This document shows positions 18,387 through 26,496 of a stretch of 64,000 nt of DNA, one piece after another. The stretch's first letter is position 1, and each line of letters opens with the position of its first letter. Position numbers and translations under genes: made by a program. The DNA is taken from positions 4,474 through 68,473 of the forward strand of contig CAZFWP010000001.1 in NCBI GenBank assembly GCA_964522805.1, in the 5' to 3' direction. The notes beneath the pieces are model-generated. The model had not been told where the DNA came from, searched no databases, and was given only the letters and a program-made list of their open reading frames with translations. The stretch comes from an uncultured Synergistaceae bacterium (GTDB taxonomy: Bacteria > Synergistota > Synergistia > Synergistales > Synergistaceae).

Positions 18387-19542
18387 GTCTTGGATCGATA
18401 AGCTCTTCCAAATAGCGTCCGATATCCATAAAGATTAAACAGATAAAGACAATACCGATTCCAGGAGGCAGCAGCAGCCACCAAGCTCCCTCAGTAAAGG
18501 CACCGAAAGAGTGAGCTTCGTGCAGCATTCTTCCCCATGATATCAGCCTAGGGTCTGAAAGGCCGAGAAAAGCCAAACCTGCCTCAGAGAGAATCGCCCC
18601 CGGCACGCCAAGAGCCAAATTGGCAAGAAGGATTGGCGCCGTCTCGGGCACTAAGTGGCGAAAGAGGATGTAGCTTCTTTTAGCTCCTAAAGCCTTCAAA
18701 CCTTCTACCCAGGGGCTTTCACGAACGGTAAGCACCAAAGAACGGACAGAACGCGCTGTGCCCATCCAGGAGAAGATAGATAGTATCAAAACCATCTGCC
18801 AAAGTCCCTTCCCCCATACTCCCGCAAGCACCATCAAGATGGGCAAGGTGGGAATGGAAAGCAGAATGTCCACAGTCCTCATAATCAAGGCATCGGTCCA
18901 GCCTCCCACATAGCCTGCGCCGAGTCCGAGCCCAAGCCCCAAAAGGCTGGCTATCAGTGTGGCAGCGATGCCGATAATCAACGAAGTTCTGATGCCGTAA
19001 ATCAACATGAGAAAGACGTCTCTGCCTCTTTGATCGGTGCCGAGCAAACCATGCCTTGTGCCAGGAAGGGAGAGCCTTAAATCCACAAAGTCCGCTCCGC
19101 TGACATCAAGCGCATAGCTGCCGCAGGAGGGAAAAAGTTTACTCAGGCTGCTGCCGATTAAAGGAACACCTATCTGCTGTTTAAAAAGCATGTCCCGTCC
19201 GTCAAGGTTTATATAGTAGATCGACTGTCCTTGAAGCTCAGAGAGCACAGTCTCCCCAGCAGGCGAACGCCAGGTGAGCCGCACCGTAGATTGGGGCTTC
19301 GCCTTTATCTCTCCATTTAGAGCAAATATCGCCGGAGGCAGATAGTGCCAATCAAACGACAGCTCTTTTGTCAAAAAGTGATATTCGCAGTCGGGCGCCA
19401 TTGTACGGTTCCACCACAGCGGTCTGGCAAAGGGGGCTCCCGCTGTGTCTGTGGGGTGCCCTTTCATCAGCATCGGCGCAAACATTCCCACCAGGACGAT
19501 GATGATAAAGGCGATGATGCTCTTCCGCTTTAAGATACTCAT
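18364..19542 (-). CDS. ABC transporter permease (DppC/NikC-like) with an N-terminal extracytoplasmic extension of about 170 aa
   Basis: The C-terminal part of about 220 aa is a BPD-type permease core (GTDQRGRDVF..., EAA-like loop SPWVEGLKALGA). The first TM is followed by a long non-hydrophobic segment. Confidence 0.85.
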   Translation of the reverse strand: MSILKRKSIIAFIIIVLVGMFAPMLMKGHPTDTAGAPFARPLWWNRTMAPDCEYHFLTKELSFDWHYLPPAIFALNGEIKAKPQSTVRLTWRSPAGETVLSELQGQSIYYINLDGRDMLFKQQIGVPLIGSSLSKLFPSCGSYALDVSGADFVDLRLSLPGTRHGLLGTDQRGRDVFLMLIYGIRTSLIIGIAATLIASLLGLGLGLGAGYVGGWTDALIMRTVDILLSIPTLPILMVLAGVWGKGLWQMVLILSIFSWMGTARSVRSLVLTVRESPWVEGLKALGAKRSYILFRHLVPETAPILLANLALGVPGAILSEAGLAFLGLSDPRLISWGRMLHEAHSFGAFTEGAWWLLLPPGIGIVFICLIFMDIGRYLEELIDPRLGGGKSV

Positions 19543-20519
19543 CAGTTGTTCTCTCCCTCAATCCTGACACGCGGATCTGCAAAGCCATAGACTATATCCG
19601 CAGCGAGGTTGCAAAACACCGTCATCAAAGCTAAAAGATAAAAAGCTGCGCCTGCTGAAGGGTAGTCATGTCCGGAAACAGCTTCAAGCAGAAAGGTGCC
19701 TACCCCGTACAGAGAGAAGACCGACTCGGTGATCACTGCACCAGAGACCAGTCCCGGTAGCGACATCAGTAAAATTGTCAATATAGGCGGCAATATGGTG
19801 CGGAAGGCGTGCCCATAGACCACGCGGCGCGGCGGCAGCCCGCGCGCCCTAGCCATCAGCACGAAGTCCTCTCCCAACGCTCTGACCATCAGATTTCTCA
19901 CATAAAGAGCCCAGCCGCCAAATCCCATCAAAGTCAGAGAAAGCACCGGCAAGGCCAAATGGCGGCAATAGTCGTACAGAAGCGGCCAGAAGTCCGTGGG
20001 AGGAGGAACAGAGAGACTGCCGCGCAGAGGAAAGATGGCAAAGGTGCGCGCAAGCAGCATTAGAAGCACCAGCTGCACAAAAAAACCGGGAAAAGAGGAG
20101 GTAACAGCTCCGGCGCGCAGCACCAGCCGCTCGATGAATTTGCCGCGATTGAGAGCAGCTTTGATTCCCAGCCAAATACCCAAAACTGCGGATAAAAACA
20201 TGGACATAGACATCAAAATAACCGTTGAGGGCAGGCGCGAGAGCAGTTCATCCCACACCGGCTTACGGCTTAAAAACGAGAGTCCGAAGCTGAATGTCAG
20301 CATCTGCTTAATATAGAGAAAGAACTGTTCCGCAAGCGGCCTGTCAAGCCCGTAAAGCTCCCGTAGCCTATCTTTTGCCTCCGGAGAAAAATTAGGGTCA
20401 ATAATGGTGCTGACCGCATCTCCCGGCATGATGCGAAAGAGAATAAAATTTAAAATCAGCACCGCTGCCAACACTGCTAAAGAAGACAGCAGGCGCCGTA
20501 AAAGCCATGAGCGCTTCAT
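19542..20519 (-). CDS. ABC transporter permease (DppB/NikB-like)
   Basis: 325 aa. Typical N-terminus LRRLLSSLAVLAAVLILNFILFRIMPGD and a permease core. Confidence 0.9.
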   Translation of the reverse strand: MKRSWLLRRLLSSLAVLAAVLILNFILFRIMPGDAVSTIIDPNFSPEAKDRLRELYGLDRPLAEQFFLYIKQMLTFSFGLSFLSRKPVWDELLSRLPSTVILMSMSMFLSAVLGIWLGIKAALNRGKFIERLVLRAGAVTSSFPGFFVQLVLLMLLARTFAIFPLRGSLSVPPPTDFWPLLYDYCRHLALPVLSLTLMGFGGWALYVRNLMVRALGEDFVLMARARGLPPRRVVYGHAFRTILPPILTILLMSLPGLVSGAVITESVFSLYGVGTFLLEAVSGHDYPSAGAAFYLLALMTVFCNLAADIVYGFADPRVRIEGENN

Positions 20520-22201
20520 CGCACCGCCGCCTTTTTATTTTTCAACATTCTAAAATAGGGGTTTTTTTTCATCATCACATATTCACCCGGCCTGTACTCT
20601 TCAAGCATAAAGGGACCGCAGCCCACTAGCCCTACCGGCCCTGACTTGCCGCTTTTATCCAAAGGGTTCCAGTTCTGCCAATCTGTAATGCGGTCAAGCA
20701 CCCGCTTAGGCATACAGCCAATACCGCCGATATTATCCAAATACCAATAACTGACGCCCTTCATCTTCACTGTGAGAGTGTTGCCCGATACCGTCACCGC
20801 ATCGACATTTTTTACTGAGTCGAAAAAACGGGGAATTTTATTTTTGTGCAAAAAATCTATCGTGGCCTTCACATCGGCGGCAGTTAACGGCGTGCTGTCA
20901 TTCCAGCGCAGCCCGGGCGCAATTTGAAATACCAGCTCCGTGTGTGCCTCATTACCGCGCCCAACGGTCTTAACTTTCCAACTCTCCGCCAAAGCCGGCA
21001 TCTCTTCCAAAGTAAATGGGTTCATCCCGACCATAGAGTCGTATATCAGTCCCAGCACCTGCCACGAGTAGGCACTGGAGGCAACAAAGGGATTTAAATT
21101 CCGCGGTTCGTCGGGCAAAACCATGTTAAGCGGCCTGGAACGTCCGTCCTTTGGCTCAGCCATCATCAAAGTCCAAACATTATCGACAGTGATTTTATCC
21201 GTTGTAAGGATATTTTTCCATAAACGTGAGACACCCGCCACGGAAAAGCGGCTGTAAATAGGCACGGAAGGGACAAGGTCGGCCAGCAGGCGCTGAACCT
21301 TATCGGACGCAGCCTTGGCAGCCTGCTTGTCTTTGGCGAATCGTAAATGCAGCAAAGCTTCGTCAAGGCGCTTATCATTGGTGGCGGTGACGTTGTAGCC
21401 GCCGTCTACAATCATTGAGCTATGGTAAAAAGAGTATAGGGAATCAGGATTACGTCCCATACTCCAAGCAAGAACCGCCATGGAATAGTCTTTGCGGTCA
21501 AGCTTAGCGATCATCGCGGAAAAATCCATCGGTTCAGACTCCACGGGAAACCCTATAGCCCGCAAAGAGTCGGCAATTTGCTCCGCCATCTCCGCTGTCG
21601 TCGGAGCTACATTGGCAAGCGGCGTAAGAATTTTTAGCGGCGGGAGCGTCTTACCATCGGGCGTCACCAATATTCCCTTGATATTCCACGAGTAGCCTCT
21701 TGATTTCAGCTTCTCCCTCGCTTTTTCGCGGTTGAAAATTGTTTTGCCGCTCTCAGGCAGAGACCACGGAGAAACAGGAGGCAGCCAGCTGTTTATCGGT
21801 TCGCAGTAGCCGGAATATATCGTACGGACGATGTTGTTGCGGTCAATAGCCTCCGCCGCGGCCTGTCTAACATATTTATCATTCCAAGGAGCTTTTTGGT
21901 TGTTCAGAAGCAGAAAAAAGGCATGATAACCTCTGGCAAGCGACATTTGGAATTTGGTGTTACGGCTGAGCCGTTCAATATCAGATGGTCTGACAATTTC
22001 ACTGATAATATCGAGCTCTCCCCGCTCCGCCGCCATTATCTGGGCATCGGAATTTCTAATGATAAGCATACATAATTTATCTGTGCGGGGACCGTAAACA
22101 TTGGATGGGTCAAATGGTTCACCAGCAAATAAAGATGCCGGCACGGCGAAAAAAAGCAGTGCGGAGATAAATATAATAATTTTTGTTTTGTCTAAAGGCA
22201 T
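20516..22201 (-). CDS. ABC transporter substrate-binding protein, family 5 (peptide/nickel type), secreted
   Basis: 561 aa. N-terminal signal-like hydrophobic segment, with size and sequence typical of SBP family 5. First structural gene of the operon. Confidence 0.85.
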   Translation of the reverse strand: MPLDKTKIIIFISALLFFAVPASLFAGEPFDPSNVYGPRTDKLCMLIIRNSDAQIMAAERGELDIISEIVRPSDIERLSRNTKFQMSLARGYHAFFLLLNNQKAPWNDKYVRQAAAEAIDRNNIVRTIYSGYCEPINSWLPPVSPWSLPESGKTIFNREKAREKLKSRGYSWNIKGILVTPDGKTLPPLKILTPLANVAPTTAEMAEQIADSLRAIGFPVESEPMDFSAMIAKLDRKDYSMAVLAWSMGRNPDSLYSFYHSSMIVDGGYNVTATNDKRLDEALLHLRFAKDKQAAKAASDKVQRLLADLVPSVPIYSRFSVAGVSRLWKNILTTDKITVDNVWTLMMAEPKDGRSRPLNMVLPDEPRNLNPFVASSAYSWQVLGLIYDSMVGMNPFTLEEMPALAESWKVKTVGRGNEAHTELVFQIAPGLRWNDSTPLTAADVKATIDFLHKNKIPRFFDSVKNVDAVTVSGNTLTVKMKGVSYWYLDNIGGIGCMPKRVLDRITDWQNWNPLDKSGKSGPVGLVGCGPFMLEEYRPGEYVMMKKNPYFRMLKNKKAAVR

Positions 22202-22776
22202 TCTTCACCAGCACCTTTGATTATGACCTCGCGCATGGGCACAGGGCGGCCGGTAATTATCTTAATCATCAGCCGTCCGGCAAGAACTCCGGTCTCAAAT
22301 GTGGGAATAAAAGACTCCCCATCCGAGGTTATTGAAAGGGTTTCCTCTCTTTTAAAACCGAGAGTGACAACCGGCACAGAAACTGCCTGGGGATAATTAT
22401 CCGGGTCTCCCCATATCAGTCCCTCCACGCCTCTGTCGTTAAGCTTGCCGAATTCGCGGGCGGCACGGCGAGCGTCTCCGTCAGTACACTTGATAAGAAT
22501 ATCATATTCTGAATTGGCCATGGAACGGTCAAGTCCCGCAATAAATGCCGCAGCCCAAGAAACATTCAGCTCTTTAAAAACAACGCCAACAAAACCGCTG
22601 CGGCTGGTGGAGAGGTTGCGGGCATTGCGGTCCAATCTGTAATTAAGGAGGTGAACCGCTTCCATAACTTTAATTTTGGTCTTTTCAGAAATTCTGTGGT
22701 CACCTTTGAGCACTCGGCTGACTGTAGCTTTATCAACCCCTGCCTCTTTCGCCACATCCTGCATTGTCGCTTTCAT
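22192..22776 (-). CDS. LacI-family HTH protein, C-terminally truncated (HTH plus the first part of the effector domain only)
   Basis: MKATMQDVAKEAGVDKATVSRVLKG... is the canonical LacI HTH. The protein stops after about 194 aa, near where a full-length LacI would begin its C-subdomain. The stop overlaps the SBP start by 10 nt. The 44 codons upstream in the track ORF look non-coding. Confidence 0.7.
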   Translation of the reverse strand: MKATMQDVAKEAGVDKATVSRVLKGDHRISEKTKIKVMEAVHLLNYRLDRNARNLSTSRSGFVGVVFKELNVSWAAAFIAGLDRSMANSEYDILIKCTDGDARRAAREFGKLNDRGVEGLIWGDPDNYPQAVSVPVVTLGFKREETLSITSDGESFIPTFETGVLAGRLMIKIITGRPVPMREVIIKGAGEECL

Positions 22777-22815
22777 AACATCACCCATTCTGTGCAACCG
22801 ATTGAATTTAAACAT

Positions 22816-22844
22816 ATTATAGGTTATCGCTCCAGAATGGTCGA
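22816..22844 (-). promoter_or_regulatory. Candidate promoter of the LacI-like/peptide ABC operon
   Basis: Minus strand reads TCGACC (22844..22839), 17 nt, TATAAT (22821..22816). It is about 40 nt upstream of ATG 22776. Confidence 0.3.
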
Positions 22845-22999
22845 TAGGAAAACCTGCTTTTCTAAGGAAACACTGATGAAATAGCAGAGCCTTCGGTAAT
22901 AGCAGCATACAATCCGTTGATTATAGACGGAAAGCCGAAATCTATTATTTCGTGCGTCAAGTGATTTTTGCAAAACTTTGATTTGCCCAACCAAACTTA

Positions 23000-23033
23000 T
23001 AGTTTCTTCATCAGTCGCTTAGTTTCTTCATCA
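23000..23033. repeat. Two exact 14-bp direct repeats TAGTTTCTTCATCA spaced 20 bp start to start
   Basis: Copies at 23000-23013 and 23020-23033, read directly. They sit in the 510-bp non-coding region upstream of the LacI-like gene. Confidence 0.8.
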
Positions 23034-23200
23034 TACAAGCTGTGGCAAGGGCAGCCTGTGACCCGAGAGGCGCATATAATCAGACCGGTATCTCTTGGCA
23101 AAAGCTCATCTTTGAACAGTGGCAGGACTCTGATGCTTCCAAGCATATTCCAATATGATACATCTTCCGCAGCTTAGGAGGGTATTCGCCGCATGCTGAA

Positions 23201-23254
23201 TGTGACAAAGGCGAAAGAACGAAGCCACTACTATGATCAGCTCGCTCTTTCGCC
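23201..23254 (-). terminator. Possible terminator downstream of the oxidoreductase beta gene
   Basis: GGCGAAAGA (23210-23218) pairs with TCTTTCGCC (23246-23254), with further partial pairing inside. On the minus strand it is followed by TTTGTCAC. The loop is large and the T-tract weak. Confidence 0.35.
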
Positions 23255-23286
23255 TTGATTGTTTCAGAGGGTATTTTTAAATATTT

Positions 23287-24216
23287 TTAGCCGCCGCACT
23301 TTTTGAGCAGTTTTTTCCAGTTGTCGTCCACGTCAGCCTGGGCTGCCGCCACCAAATCCATTCTCTCTTTGCCTTTTTTGAAAAGATGCGAGTAACGCCC
23401 CTGAGCACGAAGGAACTCTTCTAAAGGCACTTCTTTCTTAGGTCTGTAAGAAAGGCTGTATTCGCCGTTCACCACTTCATAGACCGGCCAGAAGCGGCTG
23501 TCGGCAGCAAGGGAACACAGCTTCATCTGTTCTTGCGGCTCAATTTTCCAAAAAAGAACGCAGGGAGCCAAAATATTCACAAACGCCGGGCCGGGTGTCT
23601 CCACAGCACGTTTTACCTTAGATATCAAGTCGGCTGGATTGTGCAGTGTCGTCTGAGCCACATAGGGAATATTGTGAGCAGCCACTATCTCGGTAAGGTC
23701 TTTGGCGCGCTGAAGTTTGCCGGGAATCACACTGCCTGCCGGCGAGGTCGTGGCATTGGCACTGAGCGGGGTGGCGCTGCTTCGTTGAGCACCGGTGTTC
23801 ATGTATCCCTGGTTGTTGTAGCATATATAGGTGAAGTCGTGCCCTCTCTCAAGAGCGCCTGAGAGGGACTGCAGACCGATGTCATAGGTGCCGCCGTCGC
23901 CGCCGAAGGAGACGAACTTGATATTCTCTTTTGTCCTGCCATTTCGTCTCAACGCTCTATAAGCAGCTTCCACTCCCGATATTCCAGCACCTGCGTTTTC
24001 GAAAGCCACATGCATAAAAGGCACCTGCCATGAACTGTAAGGATAGACGGTCGTGGATACTTCCATACAACCGGTAGCTCCAACCACTACCACTGGGTCT
24101 TCCACAGCCATAAGAGCCTGACGGATAGCAGTGGGAGCTCCGCAGCCCGGACACATGCGATGCCCTTCTGTGAGCGGATTGGATTTATGGGTGAGTTCTT
24201 TGAGGTTAACCGACAT
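23287..24216 (-). CDS. 2-oxoacid:ferredoxin oxidoreductase, beta (TPP-binding) subunit
   Basis: MSVNLKELTH...GHRMCPGCGAP and GDGGTYDIGLQSL (TPP motif). GGAGGTG precedes ATG 24216. The 48 upstream codons of the track ORF overlap the alpha gene and are unlikely to be translated. Confidence 0.9.
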   Translation of the reverse strand: MSVNLKELTHKSNPLTEGHRMCPGCGAPTAIRQALMAVEDPVVVVGATGCMEVSTTVYPYSSWQVPFMHVAFENAGAGISGVEAAYRALRRNGRTKENIKFVSFGGDGGTYDIGLQSLSGALERGHDFTYICYNNQGYMNTGAQRSSATPLSANATTSPAGSVIPGKLQRAKDLTEIVAAHNIPYVAQTTLHNPADLISKVKRAVETPGPAFVNILAPCVLFWKIEPQEQMKLCSLAADSRFWPVYEVVNGEYSLSYRPKKEVPLEEFLRAQGRYSHLFKKGKERMDLVAAAQADVDDNWKKLLKKCGG

Positions 24217-25399
24217 TATTATCACCTCCGTCAAGAAGACCAATGTAGCGCACTTCTTTACTGTAGTCATTATCCTGCAAACGTTCAAACACCTGTTCCG
24301 CATCTTTAGGATAGAAGTCTCTGCCGCCAAGACCGAAGATATATTCCTGTAAAGGCACATGCTCTTTGAGACTGTAGAGAGCAGACTTTACCTCCGCAGC
24401 AAGAGGCGCCGTGCCGCCAATGCTGGCACTTCTGTCAAGCACCGCCACTCCTTTTTTACCCTTTACCAAAACCGCCAGCTCCTCGGAGGGGAAGGGGCGG
24501 AAGAGGCGCACGCGCAGACAACCGGCTTTAATTCCTCTTTCACGCAGACTGTCCACTACATCTTTGACCACCCCGGTGGCTGAAGACATAATTATCACCA
24601 AATAGTCCGCATCGTCAGCCCTATAAGCGTCAACAGGGGCATACTTTCTGCCTGTATGAGACTCCAGCTCCTGCGACAGCTCTTGATAGACACGGGGAAC
24701 ATTATTCATTCCCTCCATCTGGTTACGCTTGATTTCAAAGTAATATTCAGACATGGTAAAAGAACCGTAGGACACAGGATTATCCACATCAAGAAGGGGA
24801 TACTGCGCCGTGCGGACGCCGACAAAATCCCTGACTGTTTCGTCATCGAGAAACTCCACTGCTTCGTAGCAGTGGCTGGTTATAAACCCATCCTGACAGA
24901 CAAATACAGGAGTCAAAACATCTTTGTTTTCCGCCAGACGCACCGCCAGCAGCACCGTGTCATATACTTCCTGGGCATCTTCGCAATAGATCTGTACCCA
25001 GCCTGAATCACGCTCCGGCATACTATCTGAGTGGTCACAGTGGATATTAACCGGGGCACCCAAGCATCTGTTGACCAGCCCGAAGACGATGGGCGCTCTA
25101 AAGGCTGCGGCGATGGGAAATATCTCGTGCATTAGAGCCACGCCGTTGGCACTCGAAGCGGTCATTACTCTCGCACCGGCAACCGAAGCCCCCACGCAGG
25201 CGGTAATTGCGGAGTGCTCACTCTCCACCGCCACATATTCTGATGTCACATTGCCGTTGGCGACAAATTCAGCAAAACGCACGGGAATTTCCGTTGAGGG
25301 GGTAATTGGATAAGCGGCAACAACATCGGGGTTAATTTGCCGCATTGCCTCCGCAAACGCCATATTTCCTGATGTCATCTCTCTTTTTTTATTTGACAT
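24206..25399 (-). CDS. 2-oxoacid:ferredoxin oxidoreductase, alpha subunit
   Basis: About 397 aa. Typical N-terminus GNMAFAEAMRQINPDVVAAYPITPSTEI. GGAGGTG sits about 10 nt before ATG 25399. Confidence 0.9.
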   Translation of the reverse strand: MSNKKREMTSGNMAFAEAMRQINPDVVAAYPITPSTEIPVRFAEFVANGNVTSEYVAVESEHSAITACVGASVAGARVMTASSANGVALMHEIFPIAAAFRAPIVFGLVNRCLGAPVNIHCDHSDSMPERDSGWVQIYCEDAQEVYDTVLLAVRLAENKDVLTPVFVCQDGFITSHCYEAVEFLDDETVRDFVGVRTAQYPLLDVDNPVSYGSFTMSEYYFEIKRNQMEGMNNVPRVYQELSQELESHTGRKYAPVDAYRADDADYLVIIMSSATGVVKDVVDSLRERGIKAGCLRVRLFRPFPSEELAVLVKGKKGVAVLDRSASIGGTAPLAAEVKSALYSLKEHVPLQEYIFGLGGRDFYPKDAEQVFERLQDNDYSKEVRYIGLLDGGDNNVG

Positions 25400-25733
25400 G
25401 AGCGCCAACACCTCCGGGGTTTTCTCCGTTTTGTACGGCATCATTGGCAAAGTCCGATTCCGGGTGCATCGAGATCGCCTTCACCGGGCATATCTCTGCG
25501 CAGATGCCGCAGCCCTTGCAGTAAAAAAGATTAACTCCGCATACCTTGGATTCATTATCTGTGAGTACGGAAAGGTCAGGGCATTGCACCCAGCATTTTA
25601 GGCAGGAGATACATTTGTCCAGGTCAAAAACAGGTCTCATACTACGCCACAACCCTGTCTTTACCTCTCGGGAGGAAGCACCGAAGGTCACCGTGCCGGG
25701 GGTCACATCCTGCCAGCATTTTTGTTTGCTCAT
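25389..25733 (-). CDS. 2-oxoacid:ferredoxin oxidoreductase, delta subunit (2x[4Fe-4S] ferredoxin)
   Basis: CISCLKCWVQCPD and CKGCGICAEICPV motifs. Confidence 0.9.
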   Translation of the reverse strand: MSKQKCWQDVTPGTVTFGASSREVKTGLWRSMRPVFDLDKCISCLKCWVQCPDLSVLTDNESKVCGVNLFYCKGCGICAEICPVKAISMHPESDFANDAVQNGENPGGVGAHVK

Positions 25734-26302
25734 GCCAGCACCGCCTCCTCGCGTCCTCTGTAAATAGCGCGGCGGTTGGCTTCCAAAACCTTGGGCGGAA
25801 GCTGCTTCATTTTATTGGTAAAGTGGTCGGCGAAGTTTTCTATCGGCACATCAGTAAATACCAAAGAGAGCGCACCTAGCAGCGGTGCATTGGGACGATT
25901 TTGCCCCAGTTCCTCCAGCGTAATTTTTGTGGCATCAACGACAAGAACCTTAGCCGCATCCGAAAGCTTAAGCTTAGCCCTCAAGGTAAGAGCGTCTTCC
26001 GGTGTGTTGACAAGGTAAACTGCGTCACTGGCGCTGCCTTCGCAAGGATTAGCGCTTTCTACCATTGTCGGGTCAACCACTACTACTATATTGGGATTCT
26101 GTACACCGCAGCGGCGGCGTATAGGGCTGTCGGAAACTCTGTTATATGCTCTCATGGGAGCACCCTGACGCTCCGCGCCGTACTCAGGAAACGCCTGCAC
26201 ATGTTTGCCTCCCTCAAAAAGGACTTCAGCCAATATTGCTGAGGCGCTTTTTGCTCCCTGTCCGCCGCGGCCGTGCCATCTTACTTCCACTGTCTTTGCC
26301 AT
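25730..26302 (-). CDS. 2-oxoacid:ferredoxin oxidoreductase, gamma subunit
   Basis: MAKTVEVRWHGRGGQGAKSAS is the canonical gamma N-terminus. GAGGAGGA lies 7 nt before ATG 26302. Substrate class (pyruvate, 2-oxoisovalerate or other) cannot be assigned from sequence alone. Confidence 0.9.
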   Translation of the reverse strand: MAKTVEVRWHGRGGQGAKSASAILAEVLFEGGKHVQAFPEYGAERQGAPMRAYNRVSDSPIRRRCGVQNPNIVVVVDPTMVESANPCEGSASDAVYLVNTPEDALTLRAKLKLSDAAKVLVVDATKITLEELGQNRPNAPLLGALSLVFTDVPIENFADHFTNKMKQLPPKVLEANRRAIYRGREEAVLA

Positions 26303-26324
26303 CATAATTCCTCCTCGAATTTGC

Positions 26325-26361
26325 AAAAAAAAATGGAGCCCTTCAAAAAGTGAAGGGCTCC
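26325..26361 (-). terminator. Intrinsic terminator (attenuator) inside the 5' leader of the oxidoreductase operon
   Basis: Minus strand reads GGAGCCCTTC-ACTTTTT-GAAGGGCTCC-A-TTTTTTTTT. This is a perfect 10-bp stem with a U9 tract, ending about 8 nt before the gamma-subunit SD. Confidence 0.8.
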
Positions 26362-26384
26362 ACAACTCGTTTAGATATACAGCG

Positions 26385-26462
26385 CTAAGCGCCGATCCAC
26401 CGAGGAGGAGCCGCGTTAATAATTATAATAATAATGTTCTGGTTGATGATATTATTCAACAT
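26385..26462 (-). CDS. Ile-rich leader peptide (25 aa): MLNNIINQNIIIIIINAAPPRWIGA
   Basis: Own translation; it is below the track cutoff. GGGAGG (26477..26472) lies 9 nt before ATG 26462 and the TAG stop is at 26387..26385. 9 of 25 codons are Ile, six of them consecutive (ATT ATT ATT ATA ATT ATT). It is flanked upstream by a promoter and downstream by the terminator. Confidence 0.7.
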   Translation of the reverse strand: MLNNIINQNIIIIIINAAPPRWIGA

Positions 26463-26496
26463 TATAAGCAACCTCCCTCTCGAGCAGAATGGCGGA

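Noticed and set aside
22777-22908. 44-codon N-terminal extension of the LacI-like ORF in the track
   Set aside because: The extension (MLLLPKALLFHQCFLRKAGFPIDH...) precedes the canonical LacI N-terminal HTH, which normally starts within a few residues of Met1. A candidate promoter (-10 at 22821..22816) lies inside it.
22968-23177. 69-aa + strand ORF in the spacer upstream of the LacI-like gene
   Set aside because: TTG start without an SD, Ser-rich low-complexity sequence, and it contains the 14-bp direct repeats. It is better treated as regulatory DNA.
24217-24360. 48-codon N-terminal extension of the oxidoreductase beta ORF. Similar extensions exist for alpha (25400-25450) and gamma (26303-26365).
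   Set aside because: In each case a strong GGAGG-type SD precedes an internal ATG that reproduces the canonical subunit N-terminus. The extensions overlap the preceding gene or the leader terminator.
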